A stretch of 63,242 nt of DNA, filler included, from Nemertoderma westbladi (Eukaryota > Animalia > Xenacoelomorpha): assembly GCA_032718475.1 (NCBI GenBank). It is 4 parts of 4 records of this genome, joined end to end, with 100 filler letters (N's around TTAATTAATTAA, not from the genome) between each part and the next. Parts side by side here need not be neighbours in the genome. Positions count along the whole stretch, not along the records: positions 17,547 to 45,185 come from JAUCBJ010000383.1; positions 45,286 to 55,966 come from JAUCBJ010003902.1; 2 more parts are not named here. One strand, written 5' to 3'. How positions within the stretch are numbered: position 1 is the first letter of the stretch; each line of letters opens with the position of its first letter. Shown one piece after another: positions 35,801-49,644 of this stretch. Position numbers and translations under genes: made by a program. The notes under the pieces were generated by a model, which was given only the letters and a program-made list of their open reading frames with translations, ran no database searches and had not been told where the DNA came from.

Positions 35801-38004
35801 CACCAACGAGCAACAATGAGCTACAACGAACAACAACGAGCAACTTCAACGAACACCAATGAGCAACACAACGAACAACAATGAGCAACAACGAACAACA
35901 ATGAGGAAACCACGAGCACCAATGAGCAATAATAAAGTACAACAACGAGCAACAATGAGCTACAACGAACAACAACGAGCAACAATGAGCAATAACGAAC
36001 AACAATGAGCAACAACAAGCAACAATGAGCAACAACAAGCAATAATAAAGTACAACAACGAGCAACAATGAGCTACAACGAACAACAATGAGGCAACAAT
36101 GAGCAACAACGAGCAACAATGAGGAACAGCGAGCAAAGATAAAGTACAACAACGAACAACAATGAGCAACAACGGACAACAATGGGCAACAATGAGCTAC
36201 AACGAACAACAACGAGCAACAATGAGCAATAACGAGCAATATTAAAGTACAACAACGAGCTACAATGAGCAACAACGAACAACAATGAGCAACAACGGAC
36301 AACAATGAGCATCAACGAGCAACAATGAGCAACAACGAGCAATAACAAGGTACAACAACGAGCAACAATGAGCAATAATAAAGTACAGCAACGAGCTACA
36401 ATGAGCAACAACAAACAACAATGAGCAACAACGGACAACAATGTACAACAACGAGCAACAATGAGCAACAAAGAGCAACAATGAGCAACAGCGAGCAATA
36501 GTAAGGTACAACAACGAGCAACAATGAGCTACAACGAACAACAACGAGCAACAATGAGCAACAATGAGCAACAACAAGCAACAATGAGCAACAATGAGCA
36601 ACAACGAGTAATAATAAAGTAACACAACGAGCTACAATGAGCAACAACGAACAACAATGAGCAACTACGGACAACAATGAGCAACAACGAGCAATAATAA
36701 GGTACAACAACGAGCAACAATGAGCAATAATAAAGTACAGCAACGAGCTACAATGAGCAACAACGAACAACAATGTACAACAACGAGCATCAACGAGCAA
36801 CAAAGAGCGACAATGAGCAACAGCGAGCAATAGTAAGGTACAACAACGAGCAACAATGAGCTACAACGAACAACAACGAGCAACAATGAGCAACAATGAG
36901 CAACAACAAGCAACAATGAGCAACAACGAGGAATAATAAAGTACAACAACGATCTACAATGAGCTACAACGAACAACAATGAGCAACAACGGACAACAAT
37001 GAGCAACAATGAGCAAAAACGAACAACAATGATGCAACAACGAGCAACAATGAGCAATATTAAAGTACAACAACGGGCAACAATGAGCTACAACGAACAA
37101 CAACGAGCAACAATGAGCAATAACGAGCAACAATGAGCAACAACAAGCAACAATGAGCAATAACAAGCAATAATAAAGTACAACAACGAGCAACAATGAG
37201 CTACAACGAACAATAACGACCAACAACGAACACCAATGAGCAACAACGAACAACAATGAGGCAACAATGAGCAACAACGAACAACAATGTGGCAACAACG
37301 AACAACAATGTGGCAACAACGAGCAACAATGAGACAACAACGAGCAACAAAGAGGAACAGCGAGCAAAAATAAAGTACAACAACGAGCTACAATGAGCAA
37401 CCACGAACAACAATGAGCAACAACGGACAACAATGATCAACAATGCGTTACAACGAACAACAACGAGCAACAAGGAGCAATAAGGAGCAATAATAAAGTA
37501 CAACAACGTGCTACAATGAGCAACAACGAACAACAATGAGCAACAACGGACAACAAAGAGCAACAACGAACAATAACGACCAACAACGAACACCAATGAG
37601 CAACAACGAACAACAATGAGGCAACAATGAGCAACAACGAACAACAATGTGGCAACAACGAACAACAATGTGACAACAACGAGCAACAATGAGGCAACAA
37701 CGAGCAACAAAGAGGAACAGCGAGCAAAAATAAAGTACAACAACGAGCTACAATGAGCAACCACGAACAACAATGACCAACAACGGACAACAATGATCAA
37801 CAATGAGCTACAACGAACAACAACGAGCAACAAGGAGCAATAAGGAGCAATAATAAAGTACAACAACGTGCTACAATGAGCAACAAAGTGCAATAATGAG
37901 CAACAACGAGCAATAATAAAGTAGAACATCGAGCAACAATGAGCTACAACGAACAACAACGAGCAATAATAAAGTACAACAACGAGCAACAATGAGCAAC
38001 AATG
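32890..38004 (+). repeat. CAA-rich complex satellite (10-bp base unit CAACAAYGAG) with a ~2.2-2.3-kb higher-order duplication
   Basis: Matching spurious ORFs recur at offsets 2218 (e.g. 33364/35582, 34042/36260) and 2301 (34653/36954, 35136/37437). Confidence 0.95.
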
Positions 38005-38344
38005 AAAACGGCTTAGAGAGATCTCTTTTAGTTCTCGAGTTATCGAGGAATATCTGTCTGCCAATCTGCCTGTCAAAATGTAAGATAGACAGACAGACAG
38101 ACAACCGACAGACGGACAGACTACATTCCACCAAATATTCAAACTGACATCGGAAATATCGTTTGTTTTCTATGCATTTTTCAACCTCATTGGAGACATG
38201 TTCAAAATAAAAAATACTACCCCGCCCCATTTATTTCCCATCTATTAGCCATTTTATATCATCTGAAACTACGTGTTCCTTTATAATGGAGGATGGGGAT
38301 AAATGGCATAAGTTACTGCCAGCAGCGGCAATCAGTGTGGCTTA

Positions 38345-39816
38345 TTGTTGCTCTTTTTGCTCGTTGTTGCTCGTTGTTGGTCATGGTTGCTCGTTGTTGC
38401 TCATTGTTGCTCATTGCTGCCTCATTGTTGTTCGTTGTTGCTCATTGTAGCTCGTTGTTCTACTTTATTATTGCTCGTTGACCTACTATATTATTGCTCA
38501 TTGTTGCTCGTTGTTGGTCATTGTTGATCGTTGTTGTTCGTTGTTGCTCATTGTTGCTCGTTGTTGTACTTTATTATAACTCGGTATTGCTCGTTGTTTC
38601 TCAATGTTGCTCGTTGTTGCTCGTTGTTGCGCATTGTTGCTCGTTGTTGCTCATTGTTGTTCGTTGTTGCTCATTGTAGCTCGTTGTTGCCTCATTGTTG
38701 TTCGTTGTTGCTCATTGTAGCTCGTTGTTCTACTTTATTATTGCTCGTTGTTGCTCATTTTAGCTCGTTGTTCTACTTTATTATTGCTCATTGTTGCTCG
38801 TTGTTGCTCATTGTTGTTCGTTGTATCTCATTGTTGCTCATTGTTGCTCGTTGTTCCTCATCGTTGCTTGTTGTTGTACTTTATTATTACTCGTTGTTGC
38901 TCATTGTTGCTCACTGTTGCTCATTGTTGCTCATTGTTCCTCATTGTTGCTCGTTGTTGCTCATTGTTTGTTCATTGTTGCTCGTTGTTCCTCATTGGTG
39001 CTCGTTGTTGTACTTTATTATTACTCGTTGTTACTCATTGTTGCTCAATGTTGCTCATTATTGCTCGTTGTTGTTCATTGTTGCTCGTTGTTGCTCATTG
39101 TTTGTTCATTGTTGCTCAATGTTGCTCGTTGTTGCTCGTCGTTCCTCTTTGTTGCTCATTGTTGCTCGTTATTGCTCATTGTTGTTCGTTGTATCTCATT
39201 GTTGCTTATTGTAGCTCGTTGTTCTACTTTATTATTGCTCGTTGTTGCTCATTGTTGCTCAATGTTGCTCATTATTGCTCGTTATTGTTCATTGTTGCTC
39301 ATTGTTGTGCTCATTGTACCTAGTTGTTCTACTTTATTATTGCTCGTTGTTGCTCATTGTTGTTCGTTGTTGTACTTTATTATTGTTCGTTGTTGCTCAT
39401 TGTTTCTCGTTGTTGCTCATTGTTGTACTTTATTATTACTTGTTTTTGCACGTTGTTGCTCAATGTTGCTCGTTGTTGCACGTTGTTGCTCATTGTTGCT
39501 CGTTGTTGCTCATTGTTGTTCGTTGTTGCTCATTGTTGCTCATTGTCGCTCGTTGTTGCTCATTGTTGGTCGTTGTTGTGCTTTATTATTACTCGTTGTT
39601 GCCCGTTGTTGTTCATTGTTGCTCATTGTTGTTCGTTGTTGTACTTTATTATTGCTCGTTGTTGCTCATTGTTGCTCGTTGTTGCTCATTGTTGCTCGTT
39701 GTTGCTCGTTGTTGGTCGTTGTTTCTCGTTGTTGCTCATTGTTGGTTGGTCATTGTTGCTCATTGTTGCTCGTTGTTGGTCATTGTTGCTCATTGTTGCT
39801 CATTGTTGGTCATTGT
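38345..39816 (-). repeat. Same satellite in inverted orientation
   Basis: TTGTTGCTC(A/G) units and GTACTTTATTATTGCTC, the reverse complement of the left array. Confidence 0.95.
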
Positions 39817-40489
39817 TAGCGCATTTGACAAAAAATATGTTCTTTCAATCTCAATTTCATATATTGTGACACTTTTATGATTAAGCTGAAAACACATGTA
39901 GATAAGTTCTAACTGTCCGGTCTGATACAAAGAACGGAATTGCGCTACAGTAGTATACCCTCAACGAAGGCCGCTCAATATATCTGTTTATTCAATATTC
40001 AACCCCTTTTTTCTTTTATGTATTGATTTGCGCTATATTTCACTTAGTTTAATATGGTATTTGATCGTCTATTATATTTTACTGATATACAGTACCGAGA
40101 GGGTGTGGCAACACAGTATAACAAATATATATATGTATAGCAAATGCCTGACTAATTAATTATGTAAGGACTCAAGTCTAGCAACTGTGTTTCCCTTTAG
40201 ATGAAACGTATTGTAACAAGTCTTCGGTCTAATTATATTGATATCGCTACAGTATTCAATTTGTGACAACTCTCAATCGTGATATAATTAATAATAAAAG
40301 CTTTGCTTACAATAATGGTCTGAAATATCGCCATATATTAATTATTTATTAAGTTAGAGGTACGACGGCACACATAAATCTGATGCAATTGTCCAGATTT
40401 TCACTGATACTTAATTATAGTGCCCACCTGGTTGTGGCGCGTGTAAAACTTCCTTGATTCCGTAATAGCGGCGATATATTAAGCAAATA

Positions 40490-42725
40490 GACAGAGAAGA
40501 AAGAAGAACCAACCTGTTGAAATGTAAAAAGACACTAAAGATTGCTACAATGAACGCACGCACGCTGAAAGCACAGAGCAAACAGGGTGACATGGTCGCT
40601 CTGGCAATGGAATATAACATCGACATCATCTGCATCCAAGAACATCGGATTTGTCATGAAGACACTGCCATGAAGTACAATGACATTGGAAATGGATGGA
40701 CATTAGTAACAAGCTCAGCAGTAAGAAACTCGGCCAATGCATCAATTGGTGGAGTAGGAATTCTGCTAAGCCCATTTGCACTTAAGACCCTAAACAACAT
40801 CGAATCTATAAATTCCAGGGTTATGATCGCAACATTTGATGGGAATCCCAAGACAACAGTTATATGTTGCTACAGTCCAACCAATGCATCAGAGCCAGAA
40901 CAAGCAGTCAAGTTTTATGAAGAACTGACTGGACTTATTAAGGACATCCCGAAACACAATGTTAAAGTCATTGCTGGTGACCTGAATGCGCAAATTGGCC
41001 CAGAAGACATAAAGGGTTACACCTATAACACCAGTTCTAACAGAAATGGGTACTTACTTTTAGACCTAATGGAAGAATGTGAATTGATACCAACAAACAA
41101 CACATTCGAAAAGAGTAAGGGGAAGCTATGGACCTTTCAATACCCTAATGGAACCAAAGCACAACTGGATTACATCCTTATAAACAAAAAGTGGAGAAAT
41201 AGCATGATCAACTGCGAGGCATACAGCTCGTTCAACCTAATTGGTTCGGACCACAGAATTGTGACTGCTGAGATCAGACTCAGTTTGAGAGCCAGCAAAC
41301 CCAGGACAAGCAAGCAAATCAACTATGACTGGGAGAAACTCAGAACTGACAATGCTGTAAAGGATGCTTATACAGTAGAAGTTCAAAACCGCTTTGAAGC
41401 ACTTCAGTCAATGGATGAAGACCAATCCACCGATTCAATATACCAGAATATAATAACAGCCCACAAGGAATCAGCTAAGAGGCATATCCCCCAGAAACCT
41501 AAACGAAAACAGTATGTGCCATGGCAAAACTCTGAGGTTACTTGTAAGAGAGAAGATCTTAAGATAGCCTACAAAGTTAAAACCGAACAACCAACAACCG
41601 AAAACATTAACAAGGTTGCGAAAGCTAAGGACGATTTGGACTAAAGGTCAACTAAAGCCTCTCCCCAAGAAAGGAGACCTCGGCATACCAACAAACTATC
41701 GTGGGATCTGTCTGCTTGTGGTAGCTGCCAAAATATACAATAAAATGATTCTATATAGGATTAGGCCTCACATAGAGAAACTACTGCGTAAGAGCCAAAA
41801 CGGATTTCGACCAAGTAGATCAACAATAGCTCAGATACTTGCACTACGGTGACACATTAGCACCATTACTATTTGTAATTGTGCTGGATTACGCAATGAG
41901 GACGGCCACAAAGGGTGAAGATCTGGGATTCACACTTCAAGAACGCAGAAGTAGTAGATATCCGGCAACTACAGTCACAGACACCGACTTTGCTGATGAC
42001 ATCGCCCTGCTCTCTAATACGCTAGCAGATGCACAGCTTCTACTAAATAAAGTGGAGAGGGCTGCTAAGGAGGTTGGATTGCATATAAATGCTACCAAGA
42101 CCGAATTCACCAATTCTTGACAACCATTGATAATAATCAACTAAGGAAGGTCGATGACTTCCAGTACCTTGGATCATGGATAGAGAGTAGCAAAAAGGAC
42201 ATAGAAGTTAGGAAAGCAAAGGCTTGGGTAGCTCTATCAAAAATGGATACCATCTGGAAATCAGATCTCTCCAGGCACCTGAAGACTAAGTTCTTTCGAG
42301 CCACAGTGGAAAGTGTATTTTTATACGGGGGTGAGACCTGGACACTGACTAAATCACTTGAAAAACGAATTGATGGTTGCTACACAAGACTACTAAGGGC
42401 AGCCCTAAACATCAGCTGGAGACAACATATGACAAACGCCGAGCTTTATAGTACAATACCACCTGTATCAACCACCCTCCGTGAACGCAGATTAAGATTC
42501 AGTGGGCACTGCTGGCGAAGTAAAGACGAGGTCATACCAGATCTACTTCTCTGGCAACCAACTCATGGAAAGCGTAGTCGTGGACGACCTGCCATAACAT
42601 ATATAGATCAACTTGAAAGGGATACTGAACTTGGGAGCAACGAAATTGCGACAACTATGGAGAATCGGGAAGCCTGGAAGGATCTCATTTCCACTGTCCG
42701 AGTTCGCTCGACCTAGTAGTAGTAG
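40490..42725 (+). mobile_element. RTE-like LINE, 5'-truncated and internally deleted, with (TAG)n tail and 13-bp TSD
   Basis: APE endonuclease (IATMNARTL, ICIQE, YSPTN, GDLNA, LDYI, SDH) at 40517-41644. RT pieces PKKGDL..NYRGI, QNGFR, GDTLAP, FADD, FQYLGS and C-terminal RLRFSGH...RGRP. TSD TATTAAGCAAATA at 40477-40489 and 42726-42738. Confidence 0.92.
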
Positions 42726-43217
42726 TATTAAGCAAATAATAACAGCAAATTGAGTTTACTAGCAGAATATCAAATATAACACAGTTAAATATAATTCAAT
42801 TATTAACAATGAATTTAGTTCAAATGTTAAACTCCAGATATTAGACTTAGACATGTAATAATTTCCAGTCATTAAAAACCTGACCGGCAGTTAAAACTCT
42901 GCATGGGAGGTGTAACTCCTCAGCAGATCAATCATGTACTGATGAGTGAGTAAAGCATTCAACCAACCGAGCTTATACATACAGTATCAGATTAACCGTA
43001 ATAGAATAACACAGCCAATTGGGCATTATTATAGGTAGGATATGCGTATAATGGCACTAGATGGCGTTAAAACCCTTAGTAAAGCATGGCATAACTGAAA
43101 TAGTCACTATTATATCGCAACCAAATAAAATAATGAAAAATAAAAATGGTGTTTTGAGCTTAAAATTAGTAAAATAAGTAATCTAAAAAGGCTAAGTTCA
43201 CACGTGCAGCAACAGTC

Positions 43218-43289
43218 ATTGTTGCTCGTTGTTGCTCAATGTTGCTCATTGTTGGTCATTGTTGCTCGTTGTGCATTTTAGTACTTACC
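43218..43289 (-). repeat. Satellite stub plus terminal sequence that is an inverted repeat of 32874-32920
   Basis: The reverse complement GGTAAGTACTAAAATGCACAACGAGCAACAATG matches GGTAGGTGCCAAAATGCACAACGAGCAACAATG. Confidence 0.85.
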
Positions 43290-45185
43290 ACGATCTTCAT
43301 AGCTCCTACAGTATACCGTTAAAATAGGTTAACTTCGTTAAAAAAGGGTGTTCTGAAATTCTGGGGTAAACAGAGATTTTCCACCGGTTTTTGTGGCATG
43401 TGGCTATGGTTTTAAATATTATTGATTGATCGGGTTGGCGCGGCTTTGTTGCCTAATGTAGCTTAATTGTTGCTTAACTATGATGCACAATGTGCGTCGT
43501 TCGTTGTACATGGCTGGTGCAAGGCAGGCATGACAGTACGGCGGCGGCATTTTCAAAATTAGTAATGAAAATTATTTGTTGTCATTGTTTTGTTGTCTTC
43601 TATGACTGACTGCTCCACAACCGGTCGCGGTACAGCGTACAGCGGTAGGCAGTCTGGCAGTAGGCCTTCTACCTGTCTACATATACCAGCATACTGCAGT
43701 ACCGGTACTGGCAAACTCGTTCAGTCGTTAACTGCTGTCAGGATGTGAAGTGTGAACTGGTATTTCAGTAGTTGGGTAGACCTATTGCTGTATTGTTTTG
43801 GCAGTTCTGCAGTTTGGTGTGGTACCGTCTGACAGTCCACAGTCTGACAGACAGTGCTGCAGTGGTAGGCTATGTGGTAGGGTAGGGGGTAGTCCTACAA
43901 CAGTACTGCAATGCCGGTACTACAGTCTGACAGTACTACCGGACCAGTACTACCGTAGTACAGTACGGCAGTAGTACGAGCTGACGAGTGACAATGACAA
44001 GTGACGAGTACCTGCTGACCTGACAGCAGACAGGCTGACAGGACTACAGTGACAGTCTGACAGTAGGCTTATAACAGTAAGCAGCTGGCAGGCTAGCAGG
44101 TAAGACAGTCAGACAGTAGTACTGCAGTAACGGTACCGGTACTGCAGTAGGCCTACTGAGAGCTGCGACTTACCAAATTACAGAATTACCTGACAGCCTG
44201 ATTACTGAATTATTGTTTGTAATTCAATCGTTCAACTGCAAACTGATCAACAGTTCAATGTATGAACAGATGAATGTGACGTCAGGGTGCAGGGCGTGGC
44301 ATGACACATGCTGACATGATGGCATGTAGCGTAGCGGCTGAGTTTTGCCTCACAAGCTGACAAGATTTCCGGTACGTCAGTCAGTCAGTGGTCAGCCAGT
44401 CAGCGTCACCCAGCGTCAGGCAGTCAGGGTGGGTGGTCCGATGACTGGCTGACTGGGATAGGAAGCGAATCAAATATCATAGCACAGTAAGTACTGCATC
44501 TGCAGTAGCATACCGCCATACAGCAGCTAGGAACTTTCACCCGTTAGACGGGTGGACAATCCAGCCCTTTAATGGGTGTCCTAATTCGTTCTTCTGGGCT
44601 AAATTCCACCCGTTTGAGGGGTGGCTTGGGGAGTTTGTAAATTTTATCCAGCTTGCTTTATGATCAAAGCCGCCGACAGGAATCTCGGACACTCATCTGA
44701 GGGCTGGATATAATGCGGCTACATGCAAGGAAATACAGCCTTGAGTAAACCTACAACAACAACAGGGTGCTTTTGATTGACAGTGTAAGAGTGCCGGTAA
44801 TAACTGTACTAAGCTAAGTTTCAAAGACTGCTTGAGCCTGAGTGCTGAATGTCTGCCTGACTACTTAGCTAGGAGGACTGGAGGAGTTAATAAAATAAGA
44901 TAATTATTATTTTCCGAAGTTAATTAATTATTTATTTAAGTTACCAGTGCGCCTGCACAATTTATTATTTTCTTCACCTTTCAGTTACCAAACAGTACTG
45001 CGTAATTAATTATTATCTTTAAGATGATAAAGTATTTTCTTCTTACCAGTAAGTTGATAAATTATTATATTTATTATGACAGTCACAGTAGGCCCTACAG
45101 TAATTATTATTTTCTTACTGGTAAGTTAATCAATTATTTTCTTAGGATATTAATTATTTCAATACACAGTAGCGTAGGCCTACGA

Positions 45186-45285
45186 NNNNNNNNNNNNNNN
45201 NNNNNNNNNNNNNNNNNNNNNNNNNNNNNTTAATTAATTAANNNNNNNNNNNNNNNNNNNNNNNNNNNNNNNNNNNNNNNNNNNN
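45186..45285. other. Artificial scaffold linker
   Basis: N44-TTAATTAATTAA-N44. Confidence 0.97.
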
Positions 45286-45730
45286 CTTGGCCGATGTACG
45301 TATGTACTATTCATCCATAGGATGTGTCTTTGTGGGGCTGGAGACCCTAATCCATCTTCAGTTCTCACTATACCGCTAGAGTCAGAAATGTCTGAATAGA
45401 AATGAAAGAGGTAAAAAGTGATTAGGCGAAATCTGCTTAAAATTTGCTAATACAGTAATACTTTCGAATTAGTACTTAAATTAAATTTAAGTCACGTGCT
45501 GCGCGAAGGCCCCACTTCGTGTAGGTATAATACATCACAGTACTACTAACAGTAAAAAACAACAGGTAGGCAGGCCTACTAACTAAATCATATGGAACGA
45601 GCCAAGAACCTGGCGGCGCCAGTACCGAAGGGTGAATTAATTTAAATAAGAACAATGGGTATGATTTTTCTTGGTTATAAGTGTTGGCTTGTAATGTTGA
45701 ATACACAAACTTTCTTTAACTAGAACGCCA

Positions 45731-46670
45731 TCAAGATGGATTTAAACGAACCTCAAGTGGAGCGATGAGTGCGGAGCAACATGGGAGCACACGAGCGAGG
45801 ACCTTGTAGGGCCCTAGGTATGAACGGAGGGCAGAGGGACAACACCAATGCGATGTGGGTAGACACAGACAAGGAGCCATTGGACCATGACCAACCAAGG
45901 ATGGGAACGTCTGGGGGCAGATAACTGTCTTCTTGGAGGATAAGCGTAAGTCAGCGAGTTGGAGTGCATGGATGAGCTGGGTGAAGTACATGAGGAGTTC
46001 GGGGATGGTGTCGGTGTGTTTAACGACGGATCCTTGGATGAGGAGGTCGCCAAGGATGCGGGACATCAGTTCCTCTAACGCGTTTTCGCTGCCGTGTATA
46101 CCCAACCCATGGTAATGGCACAGCGGCAGTAACCGCGGACGCCATACGTAGATACAACGTAGATACTCAGCAAAAGCGCATCTACTCAAGTCGGAGAGGA
46201 ATCTGATAGAAGGCCCACGTTGATGAGATACTTAAATCGTCCAAGGGAATGTATAGTTGATTTTACAATAGGGAGGGATGCAGATTGTGGTTTGTAATTT
46301 CGAGGGTTCGAGGGTTGAGTTGGACAGTGCTGATGTGGGAAGCGGGAGTTGTGGTGGTGCTCAATGTTCAAGACATGGCTGCGGCTGAGTGGGTGGGTGA
46401 GTCACTGGGTGTGGCTGAGTGGGTGGGTGAGTCACTGGGTGCGGCTGAGTGGGTGGGTGAGTCACTGGGTGCGGCTGAGTGGGTGGGTGAGTCACTGGGT
46501 GCGAGTGTGATAGGTAGGATAGAAAAGATGAAGATCGACGGGGACAAGTTTGGGATTGCAATCGAACCGGCGGTGGGTTGGAACTGCATTGGTGGGAACC
46601 ACAGCTGGGGAGTGGACTCCGAGGTTGGGTGGATAATGTATGGGGAAACAAGGAGGTTGGAGGCAACGTG
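45731..46670 (-). pseudogene. Highly decayed Gypsy-like pol (RT) fragment, containing a 4x30-bp repeat at 46381-46504
   Basis: GSENALEELMSRILGDL...LRLSSKKTVICP...LRSYLGPYKVLAR resembles the Gypsy RT/connection region. The DD motif is deleted. Confidence 0.6.
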
Positions 46671-46671
46671 T

Positions 46672-48810
46672 GAACCTAAAAGAAACCGACATATCCTGAA
46701 ACAATCGAAAAGAACCTGAAACAATCTGAAAAAATTGAAAAGAACCTGACACAATATGAAACAATCGAAAAGAACCTGACACAATCAGAAAAAAATGAAA
46801 AGAACCTGACACAATCTGAAAAATTTGAAAAGAACCTGACACAATATGAAACAATCGAAAAGAACCTGAAACAATCTGAAACAATCGAAATGAACCTAAA
46901 AGAACCCGACATATCCAGAAACAATCGAAAAGAACCTGACACAACCTGAAACAACTTAAAAGAACCTGACACAATATGAAAAAATTGAAAAAAGAACCTG
47001 ACACACCTGATACAACCTAAAAGAACCTGACACAACCTGAAATCTCCTAAATGAACCTAAAAGAACCCGACATATTCTGAAACAATCGAAAAGAACCTGA
47101 CACAACCTGAAACAACCTAAAAGAACCTGACACAATCAGAAAAAAATGAAAAGAACCTGACACAATCTGAAAAATTTGAAAAGAACCTGACACAATATGA
47201 AACAATCGAAAAGAACCTGAAACAATCTGAAACAATCGAAATGAACCTAAAGAACCCGACATATCCAGAAACAATCGAAAAGAACCTGACACAACCTGAA
47301 ACAACTTAAAAGAACCTGACACAATATGAAAAAATTGAAAAAAGAACCTGACACACCTGATACAACCTAAAAGAACCTGACACAACCTGAAATCTCCTAA
47401 ATGAACCTAACAGAACCTGACACAACCTGAAACAACTTAAAAGAACCTGACACAATATGAAAAAATTGAAAAAAGAACCTGACACACCTGATACAACCTA
47501 AAAGAACCTGACACAACCTGAAATCTCCTAAATGAACCTAAAAGAACCCGACATATTCTGAAACAATCGAAAAGAACCTGACACAACCTGAAACAACTTA
47601 AAAGAACCTGACACAATCATGAAACCACACAATCTGAAAAAAGAACCTGACACACCTGATACAATCTAAACAGAACCTGACACAACCTGAAATCTCCTAA
47701 ATGAACCTAAAAGAACCCGACATATCCTGAAACAATCGAAAAGAACCTGACACAACCTGAAACAACTTAAAAGAACCTGACACAATATGAAAAAATTGAA
47801 AAAAGAACCTGACACACCTGATACAACCTAAAAGAACCTGACACAACCTGAAATCTCCTAAATGAACCTAAAAGAACCCGACATATTCTGAAACAATCGA
47901 AAAGAACCTGACACAACCTGAAACAACCTAAAAGAACCTGACACAATCAGAAAAAAATGAAAAGAACCTGACACAATCTGAAAAATTTGAAAAGAACCTG
48001 ACACAATATGAAACAATCGAAAAGAACCTGAAACAATCTGAAACAATCGAAAAGAACCTGAAACAATCTGAAACAATCGAAATGAACCTAAAAGAACCCG
48101 ACATATCCAGAAACAATCGAAAAGAACCTGACACAACCTGAAACAACTTAAAAGAACCTGACACAATATGAAAAAATTGAAAAAAGAACCTGACACACCT
48201 GATACAACCTAAAAGAACCTGACACAACCTGAAATCTCCTAAATGAACCTAAAAGAACCCGACATATTCTGAAACAATCGAAAAGAACCTGACACAACCT
48301 GAAACAACTTAAAAGAACCTGACACAATATGAAAAAATTGAAAAAAGAACCTGACACACCTGATACAACCTAAAAGAACCTGACACAACCTGAAATCTCC
48401 TAAATGAACCTAAAAGAACCCGACATATTCTGAAACAATCGAAAAGAACCTGACACAACCTGAAACAACTTAAAAGAACCTGACACAATATGAAAAAATT
48501 GAAAAAAGAACCTGACACACCTGATACAACCTAAAAGAACCTGACACAACCTGAAATCTCCTAAATGAACCTAAAAGAACCTGACACAATCTGAAACAAC
48601 CTAAAAGAACCTGACACAACCTGAAACAACTCAAAAGAACCTGACACAACCGGAAACAACCTAAAAGAACCTGACACAATCTGAAACAACCTAAAAGAAC
48701 CTGACACAACCTGAAACAACCTATAAGAACCTGACACAATCTGAAACAACCTAAAAGAACCTAACACAACCTGAAAAAACATAAAAGAACCTGACACAAC
48801 ATGAAACAGC
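46672..48810. repeat. A/C-rich satellite, ~30-bp unit AAAAGAACCTGACACAACCTGAAACAACCT, with a 161-bp higher-order repeat
   Basis: Matching spurious ORFs at 48148, 48309 and 48470 (offset 161). Confidence 0.95.
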
Positions 48811-49644
48811 CTAATTTTAATCATTTTCAACCAAATTTTGTCTGGGCATACTAGTGAAAAAGATCCAATATTTTTTAAAGTTACGGGCAAATAAAATACC
48901 TCTCGAACATTTGACTCCAGATCAAATCGAACTTGTTTCGAACTTGCTCAAAATCGCGTTCTGCGCGACGCCCCAAGAACGTGTACTTTATACCCGATCC
49001 TTGAATTCAGTAAGGCATTTCTCTAGTACAGTAATAATACATTGCGAATGGTAATATTTTAATGCCCGATCGTAGAATAAAATTGTAATAAATAAGTAAG
49101 TCATAATAAGTAATCAGTAAGTCAATTTAAATTATTGCATTGCATAATATTATTTAAATTGTTCGCTCCCCTAAATAATAATATTTTCCCCCTCCTATAT
49201 TATAAACCAAACATAGCTCATGTGTAATGAGTAAATTATTTGAATTGCGAATATCCCAGAAGAGAAATATAATAAGGAGGGGGGGGGGGGGGGGGGGGGG
49301 GTGCCCCTCATTGATTTATTGGTAACAATAATGAAAATACACTGAAATTAATTAGCTTTTACTCAATATCTCATGTAAACAGAATCACAGATGTTTTACT
49401 GGGAACTTTATAATAGCACTTATTATGTTTTCCCGTACTTTGTGCGACTATTGATTCCCAACTTCTTATGGTTCTTACAGAAACTATCACGTAATATGCT
49501 GGTGGGTGGGGGGTCATTGGCGTCGCGTAGGGGGTGCGGGGGAGGCGAGTAGCCCCTGGCGCAGGCCAGAGGGGAGTGAAAAATGAGCGAGAGTCAAGCT
49601 TTTAACACTGTACTGTAGTGTATGTTTAAGAGGTCATTTATGGA

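Noticed and set aside
32758-39880. Dozens of Leu/Val/Cys-rich or Gln/Asn-rich ORFs
   Set aside because: These are translations of the CAA/TTG satellite in all frames, not genes.
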